Assembly: GCF_964188315.1 (NCBI RefSeq)
Contig: NC_135667.1
Location: 25,296,001-25,360,000, forward strand
Source of the DNA: Podarcis muralis
Lineage: Eukaryota
Direction of reading: 5' to 3'
Length of the DNA stretch: 64,000 nt
Shown: positions 48,475-60,845 of the stretch, in pieces
Numbering within the stretch: position 1 is the stretch's first letter
How the letters are laid out: the number at the start of each line of letters is the position of its first letter
The notes under the pieces: generated by a model
Seen by the model: the letters and a program-made list of their open reading frames with translations, nothing else
What the model was told of the DNA's origin: nothing
Database searches by the model: none
Made by a program: the position numbers and the translations under genes

Positions 48475-49200
48475 TGGTTTTCCCCCAAGTGAAATTACAA
48501 CAAAAATTACAAACATAAAATCCAAAAAAGGGAAAAAATGAAACAAAAAGAACAAAAAACAAACCTACAAAAACCCCATACCATCTTTATGTACAAACTT
48601 TATATACATATACACATACACATTGACTTCCTTCCTGTTTCGAGACCTCATAATTTTTAATCTTTCTGAATTGTTGTGTCTAATGTAAATTATGTCTATC
48701 TTTATACCTTTTGCACAATTTTTTTCAATTTCTTTCACCCTACAAAGCTTCATTCATTACATACCGATATACAGTGGTACCTTGGGTTACAGACGCTTCA
48801 GGTTACAGACGCTTCAGGTTACAGACTCTACTAACCCAGAAATAGTACCTTGGATTAAGAACTTTGCTTCAGGATGAGAACAGAAATCGTGCTCCGGTGG
48901 CATGGCAGCAGCGGGAGGCCCCATTAGCTAAAGTGGTACCTCAGGTTAAGAACAGTTTCAGTTAAGAATGGACCTCCAGAACGAATTAAGTTCTTAACCT
49001 AAGGTACCACTGTACTGACTCCAGAACAATGTTTTTTCATGTATTCTTTGACACAGTCCCATTCTTTTGCTAAATTTTGGTCTGATTGTCCCCTTCAGAA
49101 TCCTGTAAATGCTGCCAAATTTATTTATTCACAAAGTTTAATTTGCCATTCTTTTGTTGATGGGATTTCCCCCCCTTTTCAGTTTTATTCCTTCTGGTGG
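48475..49200 (-). mobile_element. L1 3' end (ORF2 C-terminus and 3' UTR), interrupted by a MITE
   Basis: Minus translation GEIPSTKEWQIKLCE*INLAAFTGF*RGQSDQNLAKEWDCVKEYMKK resembles squamate L1 ORF2 C-termini. Confidence 0.75.
48772..49012. mobile_element. Tc1/mariner-type MITE
   Basis: TA|CAGTGGTACC...GGTACCACTG|TA. Confidence 0.92.
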
Positions 49201-49818
49201 TCCCTTGGGGCCAGGGGGTCTCCGCCTCAGGACACAAATAATAGTTAAAATATATTTGGCAGCAGTAAACTGCTGAATTTGTTAATGTGCACTAAAGTAC
49301 ACTTCATATGGTTAGGAATCAACTGTGGAACATAAAACTCAGACTTCCCTAATTCTGTACGCATACAACACAGCTTATCGTTCTGTGCAAGTGATGTTTA
49401 AAACCTTCACTGTGATCACTAGAAGGCAATGTATATGAGGCCACATGTTTGCTGGACGAGCATGTGGATTCTGACATATATCTCCTAACAGATATTTCAA
49501 GTTCTTGGTAATGCAGGTTTAAATTATTTAATTGTGTCTATGTCTATATAAGCTGTTTTCTAATTTACTGATTAACCTGTCTTCCATCTATTAGTGATTG
49601 AATTTAACAATATGCACTCTATTGGCTCCAACTTTTGGATGATGAAGGTGTGAAGTAAGGAGCCCCCTTCCCCACAGACATGGCAAACATTTATGCTCAA
49701 TGAGATGGAGGGCTAAGAAGGAGAGTAGTGTGGGTTATATGCTCAACTCTAAATAATGCATGAAAGGGGTTAAGACCTTAAATTAAGCTGTCTGGCCAGG
49801 CTTAGCTAGGTCACACAC

Positions 49819-50305
49819 TGTGGCGTTTGCCTCCTAGGTGGGTCATAAGGAAAGGGTTAAATGAGTGTGATGTGATTGGCCAGTGGGAGCCCAAGGGGAG
49901 GAGTTAGAGTTAGAGTTGGAGTGGTTGAAAAGTCAGTTGAGAGTTGGGAGTTGGAGAAGGAAGAGGGAGGATAAGTCTGTGGGTTGGTCGAGTTGTGTTG
50001 TGAGAGAGTGAGAGAAACTGTTAGGTGGAGTCAGATGGATAGTTGGGATAATCAGTTTGAAGTTGTTAGGAACATGTAGGTCAGTAAAGAAACTAAGATT
50101 AAGAAACTGCCAAGAAAAATTAACTGAAACCTTAAACTTGTTCATGCTTATAAAAATAAACTTGATTAATTGTTAATGTTAACAACTGTCTGGACTCCGT
50201 GTGTACCCGAGAGAAACGGGTTGGTGGCAGTGAGGAGGCAATCACAGTGGTGGCACAGGGATCAATAGACCGTCAAATGTCCGGGGACCCTGTGTGATCG
50301 CCACA
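49819..50305 (+). mobile_element. Solo LTR (ERV-like), 487 bp
   Basis: Perfect inverted termini TGTGGCG...CGCCACA and AATAAA near 50155. No clean TSD. Confidence 0.6.
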
Positions 50306-50447
50306 CCCCCCCTCACCAAAGTGTCACCAAATTCTTTGTTCTCTCTCTTCTACCATCTGAACCCTAGCAGCGAGGAGATCTAAGCTGAGTACTGCAAGCT
50401 TAAACCCTATGGCCAAAGCAAGGCACCTTTGTGTTCCTATACAAGTA

Positions 50448-50700
50448 CAATGGTACCTTGGTTTACGAACTTAATCCATTCCGGAAGTCTGTTCTTAAAC
50501 CAAGGTGTTCTTAAACCAAGGCATGCTTTCCCATAGCAGCAAGAGACTCAATTTACAAATGGAACACACTCAACAGGAAGCAGAACATGTTCTGCTTCCA
50601 AGGCAAAGTTCAGAAACCAAAACACCTATTTCCGGGTTTTGCAGCGTTCTTGATCCAAGTTGTTCATAAACTAAGCTGTTCTTAAACCAAGGTACCACTG
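50448..50700. mobile_element. Tc1/mariner-type MITE
   Basis: TA|CAATGGTACC...GGTACCACTG|TA. Confidence 0.88.
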
Positions 50701-51187
50701 TAGTTTAGAAACACTGCCCATTTTAGGGCCTAAGTTATACTGCCTGTCTTGTAGCTGTATGGAAAAACGCATGAATCTGACCTTTGAAGAGTTTGTAAGT
50801 AAACTATTTTTAACTTACCAAACATGTGGTCTTTTCCTGTGCTAATAGAAGTAGGGAACTTTTGAATCAACTTAGAAGGGGATGTTTCAATGGTCTAGCA
50901 GACTATATTTCCACATTTTACTTTGCAACATATTTTGTAATTTTAAATCTTTGTTGTGGCTCTCCTACAGAGTACTTCCCAAAACCTGGATCTAGGCATC
51001 CAGGGAATTCTTTTTATTTTACCTAAAGTAATTTCCCTTTTTAACCAAATTACTAAAAACCAACATTTAGTGCACTCATATCTGCTGTGCTTTCTCAATA
51101 TGTAGCTTTTACATTTGAATGGAACACCTCCCTATGGCTATGGTATAATGTTATTCTTTCTTTTAAGACACAAACAATTTACACAGC

Positions 51188-51189
<2 letters not shown>

Positions 51190-51248
<59 letters not shown>

Positions 51249-51775
51249 TCACTGCTCTTCATCTGAGATCTCAGGATGGTTCACAGCCTAAAGATACAGA
51301 ATAAAAAACAAAAACAATCCCCCTTCTCACAAATACATTTAAAGGACACAGAATGTTGATCAGCAAGACACCTGGTTGAAGAGGAACATTTTCACCTGTT
51401 TCCTAAAGATGTATATATAATGAGGGTGCGGGGAGAGAATTCTACAGGGTAAGACCCACAGCAGAAAAGGCCCATTTTCATCTTTCCACCCTCTGGACCT
51501 CTCATGGGGGACACACACAAAGGACGGCGTCAGATGATGATTTCAGGGTCCAGGTCAGTTCATATCAGGAGAGGTGGTCCTTGAGGTATTGCTGTCCTGA
51601 GCTGTTTATGGCTATATAGGTCAAAATCAGCACTTTGAATCGGGCCTGGAAACTAATTGGCAGCCAGTGCAGTCAGGTCAGGTTTGGTGTAATATACTCA
51701 AACTGTCTTGCCCCAGTGACCAACCTGGCCACCAAATTCTGTACCAGCTGAAGTTTCTGAACCATCTTCAGAGTT
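51190..51775 (-). mobile_element. L2 LINE 3' fragment with (TTTC)n tail
   Basis: Reverse complement of L2 RT C-terminal coding (cagaaacttcagctggtacagaat...gccaggttg); (TTTC)n at ~51190-51250. Confidence 0.75.
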
Positions 51776-52394
51776 CCTAACCTAGAGGTTACAAGAGCAT
51801 AGATGAAGTTAGGCTATCCCTGCCCAGATAGGGACACAGCTGTCGTTATGGTTCTCATGAAATCTCAAATGTCTTTTGTTTTTCCCAATGGCATCCACAC
51901 CCTATTTAAGGAAGTATGTGGAGCCCAATTATACATGGTTATGCTTTTGTCAGATGAGCATCAAGGTAATACAATATTGGCTTGCCTAGAAATACATCCA
52001 AAGGATATCAGTAAATCTTTCCAGCCAGCAAATATAGTGAACATGAACACTGATGCATTTCAGGAGAAGACTGTGAAACTTTTCTTCAGAAAAAACTAGA
52101 ATTGAGGTGAGGGTTTGGTCTTTCCTTCTTTGTTTTAGATAGGTTTTGGTTAATTTGGTTGGATTATTTTGATAGCAAATTCTATAGTTATAATGTAATG
52201 AATACAACCTGTTCCCCATCTTTCTTATCTCAAGTCTTCTTGGGTGTGTTGGCAAAACAGGCAATGTAATCATTAACCAAAAATCAGACCAGAAAAGGGT
52301 AAAGTTGTAACTAAGGATGGGGGCACCTGTCAGTTGCAGTTTCTTGTCCCTCTAGTCTTAAATTGAGTTCTCCACATTTCTACATCAGTTTGCT

Positions 52395-52736
52395 TAAAAC
52401 AACAAAACAACTCCTAATGAAAATTTATCATGTATGTGAGAATTTCTCGAAATATACATTATTCTACACAATTCCCCAAATATATGTATTTTGTAAACAT
52501 TTTCCCTTCAAGTAGGGATATTTTTTGTATATTTTCACAAATATATGCATTTGTATGTACACTATATCCCAGTGTATGGATTTTTGTACACATCACTTGG
52601 ATGCAGAATTTCATTGCAAAATCTGGAAAGTGTAGATTTTGAAGAATGGCTGTGTTTGGTTTGTTGTTTCAGGTTTGTTGCAAATTTAAAGGCCAACCTT
52701 TAAATATGAACTGAATTGAATTTCTTCCAAATCCTA
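52395..52736 (-). repeat. AT-rich interspersed repeat (same family as 39517)
   Basis: Ends ctgaattgaatttcttccaaatcctag, the reverse complement of the start of the 39517 block. Confidence 0.45.
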
Positions 52737-53289
52737 GTTCCAATTTAATTTTTTTTCACAACAACATATATACAATAACTGCTCACAAGTAGCCAGAAAT
52801 CACATTAGGACCAGCTGTTTAAAGGTTTTTTTAAAAAAAGGGAATTGCAAATGACACTGGGCCTATTTAAGCTGTCTTGTGTGAGCTTCAGTTGCTCTTT
52901 AGATCCTAGTTTAAATATACAATTCTGCGTATAATAAAACTGCACTATTGTACATACTTAACTTAGATTAAGTCCTATTGAATTTAGTGGGTTTGTTTCT
53001 GAGCAGATGTGCATAGGATTGCACTGTAAGTTCCACTGTGTAGACATCTTGCCTGTGAACAGTATTTGCTGCCTAGCATTATTTTAAAACTTAGCAAGTA
53101 GCCTGTTACTCTTTTTTTTTTATTGCCCTTTACTTAAATGCGAACCATAATTTTCTTCATATGCTATTATTAATAAATCCAACGTGTGGAAAGTTTCCTT
53201 TTCTGAATTAGGCATCTCTCCTATCAACTGGTATGGTCTCTACATAGAGTGATTTATTTGTCTAGGTCTGCAGAGTCACAGTGTTGGAA

Positions 53290-54225
53290 ATGAAGAACCA
53301 TTCTACCATTACAGAGTTCATCCTGGAGGGTCTTTCCAGCTCCCCTGAACATCAGATATTTATATTTTGGGCATTCACCTTCATCTATACAGCAGCATTG
53401 GTAGGCAATGTCCTCATCATCCTTGCCATCTGCACGTGTAGCAAACTCCACACGCCAATGTATTTTCTTCTCATCAATTTGTCTATAATAAATGTGTGTT
53501 CTATTTCTGTTACAGTTCCCAAAATGCTGCAAACTATTTTTGCACCAAGAAAGACAATTGCACTTCCCGGTTGCATTACACAGGTCTTTCTCTTCACCTT
53601 GGCTCTAGGGACTGAGCTCCTGCTCCTTGCATTCATGGCTTTTGACCGCTATGCTGCTATCTGCCATCCTTTCCAGTACTCAAGCATCATGAGGACTGAG
53701 TTTTGCATTGGGGCAATGGCTGGACTGTGGCTGATAGGCTTGGTAAATTCTGCAGTACACACAGGACTGGTAGCACAGCTTTCCTTCTGTAACTCCAACA
53801 TCATCAACCATTTCTTCTGTGAGCTACCACCTATGTTCAAGATCTCTTGCTCAGACACAAGTCTGAATGAAATGATGGTTTTTGCAGCTTCTGTGCTAAT
53901 TGCAATAGGTAGTTGTGCCTTAACATTAACATCGTATGGATTTATCCTAAGAACCATAGTCAAAATCCGCTCAACAGAAGGGAAGAAGAAAGCCTTCTCT
54001 ACATGTTCTTCCCATCTCTTAGTTGTAAGCTTTTACTATTCCACAATTATCTACACTTTCCTTCGGCCTGCCTCAGCCTACTCCTTAGAAGAAGACAAGG
54101 TTATTGCTATCCTTTACTCAGTAGTAACTCCAGTCCTCAATCCACTCATATACTCTCTGAGAAATACTGATGTTAAAGAAGCTCTTGCAAAGCTAGTAGG
54201 CAGAAGGCTCTTCCAGAGAGAGTAG
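53290..54225 (+). CDS. Olfactory receptor, OR13-related paralogue C (311 aa from first ATG)
   Basis: The track ORF starts at GTG 53281; the first ATG is 53290 (MKNHS). Motifs LHTPMYFLL, MAFDRYAAICHP, KKKAFSTCSSHL and PVLNPLIYSLRN are present. Confidence 0.96.
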   Translation: MKNHSTITEFILEGLSSSPEHQIFIFWAFTFIYTAALVGNVLIILAICTCSKLHTPMYFLLINLSIINVCSISVTVPKMLQTIFAPRKTIALPGCITQVFLFTLALGTELLLLAFMAFDRYAAICHPFQYSSIMRTEFCIGAMAGLWLIGLVNSAVHTGLVAQLSFCNSNIINHFFCELPPMFKISCSDTSLNEMMVFAASVLIAIGSCALTLTSYGFILRTIVKIRSTEGKKKAFSTCSSHLLVVSFYYSTIIYTFLRPASAYSLEEDKVIAILYSVVTPVLNPLIYSLRNTDVKEALAKLVGRRLFQRE

Positions 54226-54496
54226 TTTTCTTCTAATAAATGTCTCGGTGGTTCAAGTGATCGCACAATGTAGGATGTGACTGAATCATTGCATAGATTA
54301 ACATTACCTTCCTATTAACAAGATAAATCTACAGACTCAAAACACAGGCCTGGTTCACACTTAATGCTAAGCCATGGTTTCAACCTGGCCTGGTGGCTTA
54401 AGCATCATTGATTAAGCATGAAGAAACCACACTATGAAGCCTGTTGTTGGTCTATAAACCTTGATTAATAATAACCATAGCTTAGCATCATGTGTA

Positions 54497-54790
54497 TTAA
54501 TTAATTAATTAATTAATTAATTAATTAATTAACTATACCGTTCTTCATCTGAGGATCATGGGGCAATATTTTTGTATAAAAATGCAAAAAATGCATACCA
54601 TCATAACAAAGAAAAACAACACCCACAGCCCAGCTTTAAAGGCCATTGATTGTTTAATTAGCCAAAGGCCTGGGAGAAGGGGAGAGCAGGGAGCTACCAC
54701 AGAAAATGCCCATTCTCATGTTGCCACCCTTTGATCCTCTCGTGGAGGAGGCACACAATCTGTGAATTGCCTGTTAGAACTGAATGACAG
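54497..54790 (-). mobile_element. L2-like 3' fragment with (TTAA)n tail
   Basis: ttcttcatctgaggatc terminus shared with the 51.2 kb element; (TTAA)n at ~54497-54533. Confidence 0.55.
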
Positions 54791-55459
54791 AAATATAATT
54801 TGTCAGACTTTTGCATTTGGTACATGAGCTTTGATGATTTATTTGACCCAGTTGATTATTTGAAGGGTTATTTGTTTTTAGGGAAGACAACAAATACAAA
54901 AAAATGTAGAGCTGAAGAGAGAAAAGAATGTTATTCAAAACTAGATACCATTAAAATATGCACTGCGTGTCAAACCTTGGTTTTATTGTATTGTATGAAC
55001 TGTGAAATCAAATAAGAGATGGGAAAGTGGAGAGACATTTTAATCCTATGTAGGCTGCCTGCATATAATTATGCAATCAAACACTGGCAAACCCAGGCCT
55101 ATCTTGCTTCAACAAGGTTGGTTTACTATCTGTATCCAGTCTTAGCCCTTTTGCCTGAAGACAACAAAAGCTATAATATGGTGCATCAGTGAAATAGTTG
55201 TGCAGATGTACAAATGAACATGGTGGCATCAGAGGTGTAGGAAGGTCAGGTGGTACCCGGTGCGAAAAATTTCTTGTCAACCCCCCCATTGAATTTTATT
55301 TATTTATTTATTTTGCCTGCAAAAATGGTTTTACGTTATTTCATAGTTTCTTACAAAGGAATGTGGATTCAGGGCCTCTGATAACAAGTAGGCGACTATG
55401 GACAGATACTTAAATCTACAGGATGGATTGTGTTTTGGCTTGTGTTATTTTATTTATAT

Positions 55460-55780
55460 TTAGTGTTTATTTATTTAATAAACTTTATTTTTAAATGCCT
55501 GCAAAGTAGTTTACCAAAACAAAAGAAACACCACAGCAGTAATTTTTTTTAAAAAAAAACCACAATCCTACTTTAAAACATACAAAAGCTAAAATATTAA
55601 GATTAAAATTACTTCAACTTCCTAAGCATCTAGGTATGCTTGCCTAAAGAAGAATGCTTTTAGCAGGTGCCCGAAAAGAGTCTAGCAAAGGCACGTGCTT
55701 TGTTGCAATAGGCCGGGAGTTCCAAAGTGCAGGTGCTGTCACAGTAAACAATGCAGTACAGATATTATGTGGAACCTGTA
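55460..55780 (-). mobile_element. L2-like 3' fragment
   Basis: tatgcttgcctaaagaagaatgcttttagcaggtgc...gggagttccaaagtgcaggtgc is the reverse complement of an L2 C-terminal coding segment; a similar fragment lies near 1000-1145. Confidence 0.5.
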
Positions 55781-56007
55781 GTAGTGCTTGAAACTACTGA
55801 AAGGGAGGTTTTATTTACTGTGATTTCACCATGCTCTGTAATATCTGAAAAGGAAAACATTTATTTAAAAAACAGGACTGCACAGCAGCAACCTAGTCTC
55901 ATCATGATCAGTGGGACTTATTCCTGAGCCGACGGTGCATAAGATGGGCTGCAATCCTATGCACCCCTTGCATCCAACTTGTACCTAAAACTCTGCACAA
56001 GCCTGCA

Positions 56008-56120
56008 CCAGAGAACTGTGGAGTTGGAAGGGACCCCTGAGGGTCATCTAGCCAAACCCCTGTGACAATGCAGGAATCTCAACTAGACCATCCCTGACCA
56101 ATGGCCACCCGTCTTATGTT
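56008..56120 (-). mobile_element. CR1 LINE 3' fragment
   Basis: Reverse complement of ...ggctagatgaccctcaggggtcccttccaactc..cagttctc. Confidence 0.65.
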
Positions 56121-57359
56121 TTTCCCCTCAGCCAGGACACACAACAACGGAGACTGGAGGTGGGGGGAAAGATAAATTTTGACAATGGGGCAGATTTGTC
56201 AGGCATGCGCAGGAACAGCTTGAAGACTTTACACAGAGAGGAACCCGACATGGGTTTCCCCGCATATAACGTAACAGGCAGGGAGCCAGCTCAGATAGAG
56301 AGAAAGACATTGGGGGAGGGAGGACAAAAGAGTACCAAAGTCCGCCCATTTTATCCTCTTTGGGATGGTGGCGCTAGGGCTCTGGAACCACCCTCCCCAA
56401 AATATTTACTTGTCTTCAATGTATTGTTATCACTGTTATTCTATAGTACAGATCCTTTTTAAATTAAACACTTTCTCTAAAATTAAAATGGCAGAAGTAA
56501 TCAGTAGCATAGATATCAAAAGAAAGGCATGAGAATAGTCCCTAATAGGTACAAGGGAGACACAGATACACAAGCACACAGAAGTAAATAATCCAGCCTT
56601 GGAGAGAGGGGTGAAAATGTACAGTTTGCTGTACTTAGCCTCGAGATGGGAGACTGAAAGGGCTTTAAAAATAAAAAACAAAAGTCTTGTGTCTAGGAAT
56701 ATTTTTCTGCAAAAGCATCAGACTGGTTGTCAAAAGTGTGAACTTCATTAATAGACCCTATTTAAAGGAATTGGTCACAGAATTGCTTTGCTGATTTTTC
56801 TCATCTTCTTTTAATTACACAACTGCTTTTTTGGGGGGGGGGTCCTAGCTTCATGCAGGGGAGACTGGCGGGGGTGGGGGATTTTATCATATGCATATGT
56901 ATTTTTAGATTTATTCAATTGTCTAATAAAATAATGAAGAGTCACATGATGAATGATAGATGATTCAATTCTAAATGGAAATAAATTTTATTACACTTAC
57001 TTCTCTAAGTAAACATGCTTAGATTGATATGTGCTCTCTTTCTTGTTTATTTAGTTGTTGTTGGAAATCTTTCAAATATATTTTCAAGGGGAGTGGGAAC
57101 ACCTTTGCTCCCTCGCTGCTTTTACAGCTTACAACACAAAACATTTGACAACAGGCTTGCTCCCTGAACACATTTCCTTTCCTCTCTCTCCCTGCCATGC
57201 CCTCCAACCCCCAAAACCAATCAGGTCCTTGACATAGATTCTGGTCTGTGTCTGGGATATTTTATGATATAAATTTATCTCAAATCAGACTGCTTTAAAA
57301 ATGTATAGGTGAAAAGAAAATCTGGGAGGCAGGAGATGTGTAAAAACAAAAACTATCAT

Positions 57360-57590
57360 AGTTGATTGGATGGCTTTAAAAGACAAATTCATGGAGAATA
57401 AAGCTATCAATGATGAATAGACATAAGCTATGTACTAATGTCATAGGCAGTATGTCTCTGAATACCAGCTGCTGGAAATCACTGGTCAGGAAAGCGCTGC
57501 TGCACTCAGGTCCTGCTTGCAGGCTTCCGATTGACATCTGGTTGACCACTGGATGCTGGACTATATGGGCCTTTGGTCTGATTTAGTATT
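57360..57590 (+). mobile_element. CR1 LINE 3' fragment
   Basis: gatggctttaaaagacaaattcatggagaataaagctatc...gatgctggacta..tgggcctttggtctgat. Confidence 0.65.
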
Positions 57591-58235
57591 TGTGCTTCGA
57601 GCCCCCAAACCCATCCCTCATGGAAATAAAGACACAGTGGAGACAGAATTTAGTTTAAATGTTAATGGGCAAATTTTGGCCACAACTTTATTGAATACAC
57701 AAATGTGACTGGTATTGACTTAGGCATTGATATCAAACTATATCTGGCTCCTGCCCCACCCTGCAGGAAGCCTGTAAGGGTAAACAACCAGCAGGGGGCT
57801 GTCCATCAGTGTATTTCGACTGGTCTCACCCCTGGGGTTCCCGGGGCTCCTGGCATGGCCCTGGCCCCTCTCCGGGCTTCGGACGAGATCCAGACCCACA
57901 GCCAATCTGCCACATTGGGAAAAATTCCTACCCGGCCCCTGTTCCAAAACAGGCGACCAACCGAAGTCCAAAGCAAGGCCAAACATGACCTAATTAATGG
58001 GTGGGTGGGTGGGTGGGTGTTCGGCAGCGCGAAGCAAAAGGAGGTCCCTACGTCGCACTGCCAAATAGATACCCCCAACCCCCAACCTTTGCCACGATAC
58101 CAATTGGCTAAAGGCCCGTGGCATGACTTTGGCACCACCGGCTTGGAGCGGGGCAAGCCCCGTCCACAAGCCGGTTGAGGAAGAGTTTCAGGGGCCGAGC
58201 ACAACATGGACCCTCTGTTAGGAGGATCCAACTTC
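57590..58235 (-). mobile_element. LTR-like element, truncated
   Basis: Shares aattttggccacaactttatt...cttaggcattg...ggaaaaattccta...ccctctgttag with 58895-59663. Confidence 0.55.
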
Positions 58236-58894
58236 CCAAATACTGCATGCTTTGCTGCTTCATCGTCCATTGGTTTCAGACAACCCAATCACTGTGTATA
58301 GCAGCATACAATATGGGACAGCAAAAATAGTATTGACAACAAGGAAAATAACTGGGCCTGCTCTTGTGCCTTTAACAATAAATCGATCTACAGGAGTCAC
58401 AGTTGAATCTTTTCACATTAAAGAGCCAAGCATCCCTTCTACAGCTGTCATTAAAGACCCAGGGATTGTAAAAAGAGGAGAAAGAAAAAGAAAATGTGGG
58501 GATTGGCAAGCACAATACTCTTATTTACTGTATTGAATGGGGTTTCTCTCAAGAAGGTGTGCACAGAATTGGCCTTAGTTTGCAATTCTGAACATAAGCC
58601 CTATTAAAAACAGTGGAATAGAGCTCTGAATTAACATGAACAGGATTTCAGCGTTAGTCACAAAACCTTTCCTGGAGCTAATTCTGTGTTACAATGGGCT
58701 TAGTCTGGGAGAAAAATAAATGCAATTATTCACCCCCAATAAAAATGCTGTTATAATCCAAGTAGGCCTTAATAACATCATAATAATGTAATTCAGTTGC
58801 TAGGTATGTCAGCTAGGGTCCATTTCTTATTCTATGCTGCCACCAAGTGTCCTGGTTTTAATCTTGTCAGTATTTGAATATACCATCCAGTGAC

Positions 58895-59663
58895 TGTAGC
58901 GCAGCAGCACCCAGAACCAGCAGTTGCGTGTTGAGGTCCCCAAGCCACCCCCTAAATAAATCACAATTCACACGGAATTTTTGTTTTAGGTTTTTGGCAT
59001 AATTTTGGCCACAACTTTATTAAAATACATAATGTGAGTGGTTGCTTAGGCATTGGTTACGACTATCTGTCCCTGCCCCGGGGCAGAACTGACTTCCGGA
59101 TTACAGTGAAAGCCAGTAAGGGAAAACAATGTTGGGGAGAGAAAGGGACTCGGCACCATACCGTCACCCCTCCCTGCATGCTCCCAGGGGCTTGCACGGC
59201 CCTAGCCCCTTGCCAGGGATGCGGACAAAAGCATGGCAAACCCCTGGATTCCTTCAACAGAATTCCCTTGCAGCAGCAGCATTGGAGGGGCAGGCACAGC
59301 CAACCCTTACCCCTCCACCAACCAAATTTTAATCAATGCCTAACAGCAACCTTACAAGTTGTAATGATTTGCTATGCAGTAGGCAAAAACCAAATGGTAC
59401 CAGCCAATCTGCCAAATGGACAAAATTCCTACCAGGTCACTGCCCCAAAAGCAGATGACCCCATGACAGGCATAGCAAGGTCAAATGCAACAGCCCTAAA
59501 TTAGGGAGGGTGGGTGGACGTTCCGATGCACGCAACAAAAGAGACTGAAAAAAGCTGCGTGCCAAGAATATATAACCCAAATTGGCCCAATCACAGTCAT
59601 GGCCATCCAAATGGTCCAGCCCAGTAACCAAGAGGGGGTGTCCTGTTAGACCCCACCGCAACA
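58895..59663 (-). mobile_element. Solo LTR-like element (~770 bp)
   Basis: TGTAGCG...CGCAACA inverted termini and AATAAAGTTGTGGCC on the minus strand. TSD not evident. Confidence 0.6.
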
Positions 59664-59973
59664 CGTGCTCTCCGTGAAGGAGAACATGCTTAATCAAAAA
59701 CTGCATGAGGACACAGTCTCAGTTTCATTCCTAAATTTGCCAGTGCTTTAAAACTGTCTGAAAATCAGTCTGACACATGAAAGAAAAACATACCTATTTC
59801 TAGCCTGCCTGTCTCTGATCTTGATTTGAAAGAGGTTTGTTTGGGGGGGGGTCAGCTTTCGCATTATAAAAGAGGGGGGAAGCACCCATGGCCAAAGGGA
59901 TGTTCCCTTCAGGCAGCTGGTAGTCAGGGGTAGATTGGGAAGCTATTACTTCACACTGAAGATGCCTCCGTGT

Positions 59974-60110
59974 CTGGGATAGGGAAGCTCTGGTCTCCAG
60001 ATATTGCTGGGCTGAAACTCCCTTCAGCCTCAGTCAGCATGCCCAAAAGTTAGGGGTGATGGGGTTTGTAGTCCAACAACACCTGGAGGGGCACAGCTTC
60101 CCAATCCTGG
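59974..60110. mobile_element. Hairpin hAT-type MITE, diverged
   Basis: ctgggatagggaagct...agcttcccaatcctgg inverted ends; interior like the 11234 element. Confidence 0.6.
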
Positions 60111-60479
60111 CAAGGGTTGACCAATGCCTAACTTAATTTCCACTCCTACTTATACTGCATGGCGCAAGAGATAGCTTAGTTACCTTAACCTCTCCTTTCA
60201 GTTTTTATGCCAAGCACTCTGTGTTCTAGATCTCAGAGGAAACTGCCACACCCACCCATGGAAAGATGAATTTCTGCCAAAAAAGCCAAGAAATTGTAGT
60301 TTGCTAAATATGCTGAGAATTATAGCACTGTGAGGTGGGAACTAAAGTTTCCATGATTCGCTGGAGAAAGCTAGTGTTTCTAGGGTGTTGCCAGACCATA
60401 CACACATACTGGTACAATTAGTGTATCAGTTTATTAGCTATGAAACTTGGTGTATTATCCTTGTTTCTGAGGCCTGGAA

Positions 60480-60690
60480 CTTGGAATGTGGGATTGCATA
60501 CTCTCAGTACAAGGCCTTGGGGAGAGTTGCTGTTAGTGGTCCCCCATGGCTCATGGCTCATATCTACCAGGAATCATGCATTTAGTATTGTGAGTCCAAT
60601 GATTTGGAATTCCCTACTGATTTGTATCCCCCTCCTTATTGAACAGTGTAGGTCTGGACCCCAGCTGTGGCGTTGAAGAAGGCAGAAGCT
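60480..60690 (+). mobile_element. L2 3' coding remnant
   Basis: TRNHAFSIVSPMIWNSL corresponds to the L2 RAFS..AP.LWN.LP motif. Confidence 0.55.
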
Positions 60691-60720
60691 GAAACATTTT
60701 GTCCATTTGTTTTGGCAGCT

Positions 60721-60845
60721 AGCTACTGTATATAGTACTGTATATAGTACTACTATCTACTGTATATATCTACTGTATCTATCTACTGTAGCTACTACTG
60801 TAGCTACTACTGTAGCTATCTACTGTAGCTATCTACTGTATATAT
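60721..60845. repeat. CTACTGTA-core minisatellite
   Basis: Repeated ctactgta/tactgtata/gctactactgta units over ~125 bp. Confidence 0.85.

Noticed and set aside
58340-58470. Minus-strand text EGMLGSLM*KD resembling OR TM3 (E..LL..MAYDR)
   Set aside because: Surrounding residues do not follow OR motifs (no AIC.PL.Y, no PMY), so it is not called a pseudogene.
60721-60845. Regularly repeated short units suggesting a CRISPR-like array
   Set aside because: Eukaryotic minisatellite with no unique spacers. No prokaryotic genes occur in the window.
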